From NCBI GenBank assembly GCA_045634385.1, contig JAZRAE010000049.1, positions 5,453 through 69,452 of the forward strand: a DNA stretch of 64,000 bases. Reading direction: 5' to 3'. This document shows, in pieces, positions 35,545 to 43,490 of this stretch; position 1 is the stretch's first letter; each line of letters begins with the position of its first letter. The notes under the pieces were generated by a model, which saw only the letters and a list, made by a program, of their open reading frames with translations, was not told the origin of the DNA and searched no databases. A program made the position numbers and the translations under genes. Source of the DNA: Eubacteriales bacterium. GTDB lineage: Bacteria; Bacillota; Clostridia; Oscillospirales; CAG-272.

Positions 35545-37350
35545 TTAGATAGAGTATTTCAAGGAATATTCCTTATATTTCTGTTCGAAGTCCTCACTTT
35601 TGTGCTTCCTTCTGTTATACTTGTGCATCTCGAGATCATCATAGGTTGCAATCTCAACAACGCATCCTCCAACGTTGGAACAATGATCGGAAACACGTTC
35701 AAAATTGGTGAGGATATCTGAGAGCACAAAGCCGTGCTCAATAGTACACTCACTCTTCTGAAGTCGGACAATGTGGTTGAGCTTGATTTTGTCACACAAA
35801 TCATCAACCACCTGCTCAAGCGATTCAATCTTAGCCGCAACTTCAAGATCGTTATTTATGAAGGCCACGCAAGCGAGGTCGAGTATCTCATTTACAGCCG
35901 CGCGAAGCACAGCAATCTCCTTGTTTGCATCCTCGGAGAAGGATATTTTCTTATCTCGAAGTTCCTCGCAAGACTCAACAATGTTAACTGCGTGGTCGGA
36001 AATACGCTCATAATCTCCTATGATATGCAAAAGCTTGGTTACCTGCTCCGCATCCTTGGGATCGGTCGTATTTGCAGATGCTTTAATAAGATACGAACCT
36101 ATAGCATCCTCAAGGCTGTCAACCTTACTTTCAACGTCGCGGATGGAGTCTGCAAGCTTGGAATCATAGTTATCAAAGAGGGCTATGGAATCGTGAAGTG
36201 CTCGGGTAGAAAGCTCCGCCATGCTGTAAACCACCTGAGTAGCTCTGCCAACTGCAACGCTGGGTGTCTCAAGTAAACGGTCATCAAGAAGAGTCGACGT
36301 CTCCTGATCATCCTTGCTGTCCTTAATGATAAGTGTTGAAAGCTTGGCAAGCTGCTTGTAGAAGGGACTGATGAGTACGACGCAAATAAGCTTGAACAAT
36401 GTATGTACAAGCGCAACGCCCCAAGCATCAATAGGTAAGTTCACAAATGCAAATTTAACGATTGCATTGAGCGCATAGAAAAGTATTGACACCAAAACAA
36501 CGCCTATAACATTAAACGAAAGATGAACAACCGCCGCACGCTTACCGTTCTTGTTTGCGCCAAGAGACGAGAGCATTGCTGTAACGCACGTACCAATGTT
36601 TTGACCCATTACGATCGGAATTGCCGCACCGTAGCTGATAGCTCCCGTAACGGTAAGAGCCTGAAGAATACCTACTGAAGCAGAGGATGACTGCACTATA
36701 GCAGTAAGCACAAGTCCGGCAAGAATACCAAGTATGGGATTCTCAAACATCATAAGTATATTCGCGAAAGCGGGATCACCCTTAAGAGGACTAACCGCAT
36801 CCGACATCATGGTCATACCCGTCATAAGTACTGCAAAGCCGAGGAGAATCGCGCCGATATCCCTTTTCTTGCCGCGCTTTACAAACATGATAAGACATAT
36901 GCCGATAACTGCAACGATCGGTACCCACGAATCAGGCTTAAGGACCTTGAGCATTGCTACAGCCTCTGCTCCGCTCTCTCCGCCAAGGCTGTTAAGAGCA
37001 GTGAGCCAAGCGGTAATTGCAGTACCAACGTTAGCACCCATAATAACACCAACCGACTGGATAAGAGTCATAGTACCGGAGTTAACAAATCCGACCACCA
37101 TAACCGTAGTAGCAGATGATGATTGAATTATGAGAGTTACTAAAAGTCCAAGTAAAAATCCTTTTATGGGATTTGTTGTCATTTTTCCGAGAAATGATTT
37201 AAGGCTGTTTCCCGCACTCTTCTTGAGTGAGTCGCCCATAACGTCCATTCCATAAAGAAAAAGAGCAAGTCCGCAAAGAAGAGCGAGAACGTCACCAAAT
37301 CCAAAGGTTGCCGCTTTTGCCGACAAGGTAAAGCTCATTAAACCGTTCAT
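35545..37350 (-). CDS. Na/Pi cotransporter family protein with C-terminal PhoU-like repeats
   Basis: Two Na_Pi_cotrans repeats (IQSSSATTVM / VQSSSASVGIL) and two PhoU-like repeats (ERISDHAVNI / ERVSDHCSNV). Confidence 0.85.
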   Translation of the reverse strand: MNGLMSFTLSAKAATFGFGDVLALLCGLALFLYGMDVMGDSLKKSAGNSLKSFLGKMTTNPIKGFLLGLLVTLIIQSSSATTVMVVGFVNSGTMTLIQSVGVIMGANVGTAITAWLTALNSLGGESGAEAVAMLKVLKPDSWVPIVAVIGICLIMFVKRGKKRDIGAILLGFAVLMTGMTMMSDAVSPLKGDPAFANILMMFENPILGILAGLVLTAIVQSSSASVGILQALTVTGAISYGAAIPIVMGQNIGTCVTAMLSSLGANKNGKRAAVVHLSFNVIGVVLVSILFYALNAIVKFAFVNLPIDAWGVALVHTLFKLICVVLISPFYKQLAKLSTLIIKDSKDDQETSTLLDDRLLETPSVAVGRATQVVYSMAELSTRALHDSIALFDNYDSKLADSIRDVESKVDSLEDAIGSYLIKASANTTDPKDAEQVTKLLHIIGDYERISDHAVNIVESCEELRDKKISFSEDANKEIAVLRAAVNEILDLACVAFINNDLEVAAKIESLEQVVDDLCDKIKLNHIVRLQKSECTIEHGFVLSDILTNFERVSDHCSNVGGCVVEIATYDDLEMHKYNRRKHKSEDFEQKYKEYSLKYSI

Positions 37351-37420
37351 TTCATATTCCTTTCATTTAAAGCAGGATGATAAAGTTCCAGCACATAATT
37401 ATAAATTATCTATCTCAATA

Positions 37421-37450
37421 ATTATAATATACTTTTTGGAATCTTGTCAA
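37421..37450 (-). promoter_or_regulatory. promoter of the Na/Pi-PhoU gene
   Basis: The minus strand reads TTGACA-N18-TATAAT. Confidence 0.45.
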
Positions 37451-37478
37451 GTGGCAGTTTAAACAAAATACACCTACA

Positions 37479-38150
37479 TTAAAGAAGTCTCTGTCCATTA
37501 ATTACCAAGCTAAAGACAAGACCGAGCCTTTCAGCCGCTTGACGTGACATCTGCATTCTTCCTATAAAAATACTGAAATAATCAATAACCGCGCTGATAG
37601 AGGTATCAACCTCGAGCTCAAGCACAGCATTCATTTTATCCTCGCTTATTTTCAGCTCAGAGCTCACCACCGAATAGTTAACTCTGTCATGTATATCAAA
37701 GGTGGAAATATCGGAATTTCTTACACGGGTACGCCTTACGTCGCATTTATCCGCAATAATCAGAGCCGCAGCAACAGGATTTACCGCAACTCCCGTGCCC
37801 TCATCGTGATTACCTATAGCGGTTACTACCGTAGCTATTTCATCAGCCGGCATACCAAGCTTATCAAGTAGTCTAAACGCCATTACCGCACCGCTCTGTG
37901 AATGATCAACGCGGTTCACAAGATTTCCTATATCATGTAAATACCCTGCAATTCTTGCAAGCTCAACCGTCCTCTCATCATAGCCAAGCGTTTGCAAAAT
38001 ATAAGCAGCTCTGTCAGACACCTTGCCAACGTGTGCAAAACTATGCTCGGTATATCCAAGAGCAATAAGCGATTCATCCGCCTTAGTTATATAAGTTTTT
38101 ATGTCACTGTTATTTTTAATTTCATCAAAAGTTATCATGTTTTCACTCAT
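37479..38150 (-). CDS. HD-domain phosphohydrolase
   Basis: H...HD motif: HSFAHV, GYLHDIGN, GNHDE. Confidence 0.75.
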   Translation of the reverse strand: MSENMITFDEIKNNSDIKTYITKADESLIALGYTEHSFAHVGKVSDRAAYILQTLGYDERTVELARIAGYLHDIGNLVNRVDHSQSGAVMAFRLLDKLGMPADEIATVVTAIGNHDEGTGVAVNPVAAALIIADKCDVRRTRVRNSDISTFDIHDRVNYSVVSSELKISEDKMNAVLELEVDTSISAVIDYFSIFIGRMQMSRQAAERLGLVFSLVINGQRLL

Positions 38151-38156
38151 CCTTTA

Positions 38157-39347
38157 TCAAATTGAATTTTCAATAGCTTCAACAAGCCTATCAATCTTTC
38201 CGTCTGTGTCGGTGTGAATCGACGATTTAAAGGAAATACCTTCGTTGAGAAACGCGGTGTTTTTTAAAGACGAAAGAATATCTCTCATTCCTTTACCCGC
38301 ACTGAGCGCCCACGATCCGCTTTCAATAAGCGCGATCTTTCTACCGGAAAGCGAATGAGCAACAAGATCACGCAGAAGATTTTCCATATTCACAAACACG
38401 CCTCCATTATACGTCACCGATGCAAACACGAGGTGGCTAAACTTGAAGCAATCTGCAATAATCTCGGAATGCTCGCTTACAGAAACGTCGTGCATTACAC
38501 ATTTGATCCCTTTGTCACGAAGGCGGCAGGCAAGAACATTTGCAACATTTTCTGTATTACCGTACACAGAAGCGTATGCAATAACGACTCCCTGTTCTTC
38601 AGGCTTATACCCTGACCAATGCACATATTTGTTTACATAATAATCGATATTTTCTCTCCAAACAAGTCCATGGAGCGGACAAATCATTTTTATTTCAAGC
38701 ATAGACATTTTGGAAAGAAGCTTACCAACCTGTACTCCGTACTTACCCACAATGTTGGAATAATACCTTCTCGCCTCGTCAAGGTTATCTCTGTCGAAGT
38801 CAACCTCATCTGCAAATAGCGCGCCGTTAAGTGCTCCAAACGTACCAAACGCATCCGCGGAAAAAAGCGTTTTGCTAAACGAGTCATAAGTCACCATTAC
38901 CTCCGGCCAATGTACCATCGGTGCAGATATAAAAGTGAGCCTATGCTTTCCAAGCTCAAGCGATTCCCCCTCCTTTATGACGAGTGCCTTTACTTCAACA
39001 CCCTTGAAGGCACAAATCATATCGTAAGTCATCTTGTTACATACTACAGTGCATTCAGGATGTCGAAGAAGCACGTCAATAAGCGTTGCAGAATGATCCG
39101 GCTCCATATGCTGGACTACAAGATAGTCAAGCGTACGTCCGCTCAGCGTGTGCTCCAAGTTCTCAATAAACAGATCCGTAACCGCTCTGTCAACAGTATC
39201 TATAAGCGCAGTTTTTTCATCAAGTATCAAATATGAGTTATAGGACATTCCTTGCGGCACAGAGTAAACCGCCTCAAAAAACATTAATCTTCTGTTATCG
39301 GCTCCAACCCATATGATATCATCACAAACCTTTCGTGTGCAGTACAT
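38157..39347 (-). CDS. fprA: flavodiiron protein (FprA family; O2/NO reductase)
   Basis: The metallo-beta-lactamase-like di-iron motif VVQHMEPDHS plus a C-terminal flavodoxin domain (VVIAYASVYGNTE). Confidence 0.85.
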   Translation of the reverse strand: MYCTRKVCDDIIWVGADNRRLMFFEAVYSVPQGMSYNSYLILDEKTALIDTVDRAVTDLFIENLEHTLSGRTLDYLVVQHMEPDHSATLIDVLLRHPECTVVCNKMTYDMICAFKGVEVKALVIKEGESLELGKHRLTFISAPMVHWPEVMVTYDSFSKTLFSADAFGTFGALNGALFADEVDFDRDNLDEARRYYSNIVGKYGVQVGKLLSKMSMLEIKMICPLHGLVWRENIDYYVNKYVHWSGYKPEEQGVVIAYASVYGNTENVANVLACRLRDKGIKCVMHDVSVSEHSEIIADCFKFSHLVFASVTYNGGVFVNMENLLRDLVAHSLSGRKIALIESGSWALSAGKGMRDILSSLKNTAFLNEGISFKSSIHTDTDGKIDRLVEAIENSI

Positions 39348-39581
39348 CTTCTTCCCTTCTTTGAAAAATACTTTCTAAATATTATTATTACATATTTTTG
39401 CACTTAAAGTCAATAGTTTGTCTCTTCGATGTATTTCCATCTACTTTGCTTTTGACTTTTTAATTATCTCCGTGCGGTATATCGCCATCTGTCAAAAAAT
39501 CCTATATTTTGCTTTTAAAATAGACGGTAATCAATTTTCAATTACATATAAAAAACCGTACAAGGCGCATTTATATCAAAC

Positions 39582-39617
39582 AAAAAATATGGGGTAGCTC
39601 ACAAAATGAGCTACCCC
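39582..39617 (-). terminator. terminator after rbr
   Basis: GGGGTAGCTCA-caaaa-TGAGCTACCCC, followed on the minus strand by ATATTTTTT. Confidence 0.85.
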
Positions 39618-39649
39618 GCTATGCTGTACGCATTTTTACTGCATAAGAA

Positions 39650-40183
39650 TTAATAGTTTTCTTTTCTAACTTCAAAGAATGCCTGAGGATGAGCGCAAAC
39701 GGGACAAACCTCGGGAGCCTTCTGACCTATGCAGATATGTCCGCAGTTCTTGCACTGCCAGATTGTATCGTTATCTCTTGAGAAAACAATTCCCGTATCA
39801 ATATTGGAAAGAAGCTTTCTATATCTTTCCTCGTGTGCCTTTTCAATAGCTGCAACTGCTCTGAACTGACGTGCAAGAGCGGTAAAGCCCTCCTCCTCTG
39901 CTTCCTTTGCAAAGGTGTCGTACATATCGGTCCACTCGTAGTTCTCTCCCTCTGCCGCTGCAAGAAGGTTGCTTGCGGTGTTGCCAAGTCCGCCAAGAGC
40001 CTTGAACCAGAGTTTTGCATGCTCTTTCTCGTTATTTGCAGTCTCCTCAAATATAGCCGCGATCTGCTCGTAGCCTTCCTTCTTAGCTACAGATGCAAAA
40101 TAGGTATACTTGTTTCTTGCCTGAGATTCGCCGGCAAAAGCGGTCATAAGATTCTGTTCGGTTTTTGTGCCCTTAAGGTTCAT
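39650..40183 (-). CDS. rbr: rubrerythrin
   Basis: Ferritin-like [10 protein letters not shown]...EKEHAKLW plus a C-terminal rubredoxin CKNCGH...CPVC. Confidence 0.9.
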   Translation of the reverse strand: MNLKGTKTEQNLMTAFAGESQARNKYTYFASVAKKEGYEQIAAIFEETANNEKEHAKLWFKALGGLGNTASNLLAAAEGENYEWTDMYDTFAKEAEEEGFTALARQFRAVAAIEKAHEERYRKLLSNIDTGIVFSRDNDTIWQCKNCGHICIGQKAPEVCPVCAHPQAFFEVRKENY

Positions 40184-40247
40184 AACAAATTTCTCCTTGG
40201 TAAAAATTCTTTCTTAAATTATTGACTGTTTTAATGTTGGTTATGCA

Positions 40248-40625
40248 TTATCCGCATTCCCCTACGCGCGCCTTACAGGCATCGCATAAATAACGTACCT
40301 TCAACTCATACGAGCTAAAGTCGGAGCCGATAGCTTCGGATAGCATCTTATCAAAATCACGAAGATTGAAATCCATAACCCCACCGCAGTCCTCGCAGAT
40401 CATATGACCGTGAGGAATATAGGAGTTGTCGTACCTATCCGACAGAGAGTCGCCCGTTATCTTTCTGATAAGCTTTTCCGCCTCAAGAACCTTAAGGTTA
40501 TTATAGACGGTTGCTCGGGAAATTCCGGGAAGTTTCTCCTTGGCAAGTGTGAAAATCTCGTCTGCGGTATGATGACACATATCCGAGCGAATCACCTCCA
40601 GGATAACCGCTCTTTGTTTTGTCAA
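40248..40625 (-). CDS. perR: Fur-family repressor, PerR-like
   Basis: Winged HTH RATVYNNLKVLEAEKLI, HGHMICEDCG and C-terminal CDAC. TTG start with a GGAG RBS. Sits upstream of rbr. Confidence 0.8.
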   Translation of the reverse strand: MTKQRAVILEVIRSDMCHHTADEIFTLAKEKLPGISRATVYNNLKVLEAEKLIRKITGDSLSDRYDNSYIPHGHMICEDCGGVMDFNLRDFDKMLSEAIGSDFSSYELKVRYLCDACKARVGECG

Positions 40626-40659
40626 AATGTATCACTCCGTTTTTAGATTTGAATGAATT

Positions 40660-40674
40660 TTAGACTCATTCTAA
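40660..40674. promoter_or_regulatory. PerR-type 7-1-7 operator
   Basis: The minus strand reads TTAGAAT-G-AGTCTAA (6/7 inverted repeat), 4 nt downstream of the -10. Compare the B. subtilis PerR box TTATAAT-N-ATTATAA. Confidence 0.5.
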
Positions 40675-40678
40675 ATTT

Positions 40679-40707
40679 ATTATACACAAGGAATTCTATT
40701 TTGTCAA
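40679..40707 (-). promoter_or_regulatory. perR-rbr promoter
   Basis: The minus strand reads TTGACA-N17-TATAAT, a perfect consensus. Confidence 0.6.
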
Positions 40708-40724
40708 TAGTTTTTAGTGAAATT

Positions 40725-41603
40725 TTAATTTTTTTTGTATCCTGCAATATCTCGCTCGGGTATGAACTCGCTCTCAAGCGGTACGCCATATACACGCTCG
40801 TAACACTCGCGCTTTGCCTCACCGTCGGCAATATAAAGCTTTTCTCTTGCATTCCTTTTATCAAGTGTTGAATCGGGATAAATAGGCGGCATTATATGAA
40901 GAATATGCCGCACTCTGTAAAAGCCAATATCGTCCGTATCCTCTTCCTCGCGCATTTCAGTAAAGCACGGGAGAATCGGAACTCCAAACTCGGCCGCATA
41001 ATGATATGCACCCATTCTCATCTCTCGCGGTTTTTTGTAATTGAACCACATCTCCTGTTCGGGATAGATAAGAACAAGCTCTCCGTCGGCAAGCCTTTTC
41101 TCTATGGCAGGCTTTAGATTACGCGACATGTATGATGCACTTTGAGACACGGGCATAGTATTACAGTTTCTCATCAAAAATCCGAAAAAGCCTTTCATAA
41201 ACACGTTACTCTCTTGAATAACGATGTTAAGCTCTCGTTCCCTGCCCGCACACATAGCCATCAACCATATGAGCGTACAATCCATTGGGTTAAAATGGTT
41301 AGATGTAATTATAGCACCGCCATCTATCAAAGCAAGATTCTCAAGCCCAACTATCTCAGTATCGCAGTTTAACTTAACAGTTGCCTTGTCGGCTATTTTC
41401 CTTGCTATTGCTCGTTTAAATCTATTTAATGGCCTTATCCTTAAATTATCAAATGGGACAATTTTCTTTTTTATATCTTTTTTGGTAGGAGAAGGGTCGC
41501 CTATCTCCACCTTGCGGAATGGGTCCCGCTCTTTTACTGCAACCGCAATGTTATCAATAACAGCGAGTCTTTCCGTCCTCTTTTTCTGATTAACCTTCGT
41601 CAT
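40725..41603 (-). CDS. lysophospholipid (1-acyl-sn-glycerol-3-phosphate-type) acyltransferase
   Basis: HX4D motif ITSNHFNPMDC and a PEQ block (LIYPEQEMW). Confidence 0.75.
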   Translation of the reverse strand: MTKVNQKKRTERLAVIDNIAVAVKERDPFRKVEIGDPSPTKKDIKKKIVPFDNLRIRPLNRFKRAIARKIADKATVKLNCDTEIVGLENLALIDGGAIITSNHFNPMDCTLIWLMAMCAGRERELNIVIQESNVFMKGFFGFLMRNCNTMPVSQSASYMSRNLKPAIEKRLADGELVLIYPEQEMWFNYKKPREMRMGAYHYAAEFGVPILPCFTEMREEEDTDDIGFYRVRHILHIMPPIYPDSTLDKRNAREKLYIADGEAKRECYERVYGVPLESEFIPERDIAGYKKN

Positions 41604-41606
41604 TGC

Positions 41607-42566
41607 TTACACCGCCTTATATCGAAAGGTACTTTTCTTGTAACCTTTAAAACCGTCATCTCTTGCGGCGAGCTCTGCCGCACGCTCAACAAGTCTTACT
41701 CCCCCGGCTATATCTCTCTTCTTTTGTTCATCTGTATACTCAACAAGCTCTCTGACGATATCCGTGTAGTAAGGAGTCTGTCTTGTTACATTCCAGAACA
41801 CCTCGGAGTAAGGCACGTCAGAGTAATGCCACGGCTTGTTATAAAGGTTGTAGTGTATAAGGTGCTGTTCCTCTGCAGGCAAAAGATTATCCGCCTTGGG
41901 TTGTTTGTTCCAACCACCGTCAAGGTAATATATTCTACCCCTGCACAGATAATTTAAATAATCTTGATCGGGAGCTACCGTCTCAAAATTTCTCTCATTC
42001 ACAATACTCAAGAATTTTTCAAGAATAAAGTTTTTTCTGTATTCCTTAAGATTCATAAGAAGGACGCCGGAATTTATGTATTTGTTCACGGAGACTCCCA
42101 CCCAATTCTTTACGTAATCACAGAATGCGGCAACACCGGGAATAGACTCGTCCGCTACCGCACCGAGAATATTGTCACCTATATCTGTGAAATAAAGATT
42201 TGCTATATCGTCTACAAGTATCGTATCGCAGTCAATGTACACAGCGCGGGTAAGTCGGGGGTACATATATGCGATAAACATTCTGTAGAATATTGCCTCC
42301 GAGTAATAATCGCGCAAAGTCAAAGAAAGCTTCTCGCGAAACGGTACTATCACCTTCCCCATATTTACAATCGAAATATTTGTGTTGGTAAGCTCCATGT
42401 GTCTGAGCTTCCGGATATTCTGCGGCTTTAGTCCCTCTGTTAACACCGTGATGTCATATATGTATTCATCGCTTGAATGAAGCGATATGGATTTGGCAGT
42501 TATCATAAGATACGGTACGTAGTTATCGTCCGATGCCATAAAGATATGTATGTGTTTTTTATTCAT
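41607..42566 (-). CDS. glycosyltransferase family 8
   Basis: IHIFMASDDNYVPY, YIDCDTILVDD (DxD), NSGVLLMNL and DQDYLN motifs. Confidence 0.8.
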   Translation of the reverse strand: MNKKHIHIFMASDDNYVPYLMITAKSISLHSSDEYIYDITVLTEGLKPQNIRKLRHMELTNTNISIVNMGKVIVPFREKLSLTLRDYYSEAIFYRMFIAYMYPRLTRAVYIDCDTILVDDIANLYFTDIGDNILGAVADESIPGVAAFCDYVKNWVGVSVNKYINSGVLLMNLKEYRKNFILEKFLSIVNERNFETVAPDQDYLNYLCRGRIYYLDGGWNKQPKADNLLPAEEQHLIHYNLYNKPWHYSDVPYSEVFWNVTRQTPYYTDIVRELVEYTDEQKKRDIAGGVRLVERAAELAARDDGFKGYKKSTFRYKAV

Positions 42567-42769
42567 TATATTTGTCCTTTCTTTTTCAATGTTAAAACGC
42601 AGCTATTATTTTTTCTCATCGCCTCCTTTGTCTTTGTCATTTTAACTTAGGATGAGAAAAAAGAAAAGGACTTTTTAATATTTTCCTCCGCTACACATTG
42701 TAGATACAAGATTCTCGCACAAGTTCGATAAAAATCCAACTCCACAAAACCGAGAATTTCTCACCCCCA

Positions 42770-42798
42770 TTGACAAAATCGGACAAAAATGTTATACT
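42770..42798 (+). promoter_or_regulatory. promoter of the XRE-TM regulator / M16 peptidase
   Basis: TTGACA-N17-TATACT. Confidence 0.5.
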
Positions 42799-42856
42799 TA
42801 TAGTACGGAATTGTAGAAATGTAAACAATATTTTACTTATTATATTGAGGACAATT

Positions 42857-43444
42857 ATGGAAAACATTAAAGAAACAATAGCCAAAAACTTGGTCGAGCT
42901 AAGAAAGGCAAATAAACTAACACAGGGCGCGCTTGCGGAAAAACTGAATTATTCGGACAAAGCGGTATCAAGATGGGAGCATGCAGAGACTCTGCCGGAT
43001 ATCGAAACGCTTTGCCGCATCTGCGAAATATATGGAGTCAGCTTTGAATATCTTTTGCAAAGAGAGCCGACCGAAGCTTACGTAGTATCTCCTAAAAAAG
43101 GCAATCGCGCACGACACGTTATCATCTGTCTTATCACAATCTGCACAGTATGGCTCGCGGCCACCTTGCTTTTTACAACAGTTCAGGCAATTTTCGATGT
43201 CAACCTATGGCAGTTGTTCGTCTGGGCGATACCCGCAAGCATCACAACAATAGCAATATATAACAGAATGTGGTGGCAGAGCAAGGTCTGTACAGCAATC
43301 ACCGCATCCTTCAACAATTGGACTGTCATACTTGCGATTTACCTGCACACGCTCGGCCACAACCTATGGATGCTATTTATAATCGGTGTACCGATTCAGG
43401 CTCTTATCCTCCTTGCGGTTACGATACCGGAAAAGAAATCCTGA
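42857..43444 (+). CDS. XRE-family HTH regulator with a C-terminal 4-TM membrane domain
   Basis: The HTH is LRKANKLTQGALAEKLNYSDKAVSRWEHAETLPDIETL, followed by four hydrophobic helices. Start set at MENIKETIA. Confidence 0.8.
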   Translation: MENIKETIAKNLVELRKANKLTQGALAEKLNYSDKAVSRWEHAETLPDIETLCRICEIYGVSFEYLLQREPTEAYVVSPKKGNRARHVIICLITICTVWLAATLLFTTVQAIFDVNLWQLFVWAIPASITTIAIYNRMWWQSKVCTAITASFNNWTVILAIYLHTLGHNLWMLFIIGVPIQALILLAVTIPEKKS

Positions 43445-43490
43445 TCTGCACCCACAATATTATACGTTAACAATCTGAAAAGGAAAGAAT

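Noticed and set aside
39374-39390. A possible PerR box upstream of fprA (TAATAAT-A-ATATTTA on the minus strand, next to a TTGACT-N17-TAATAA promoter).
   Set aside because: Only 5/7 symmetry, and indistinguishable from background in this AT-rich spacer. It also lacks the TTAGAAT half-site seen at the perR promoter.
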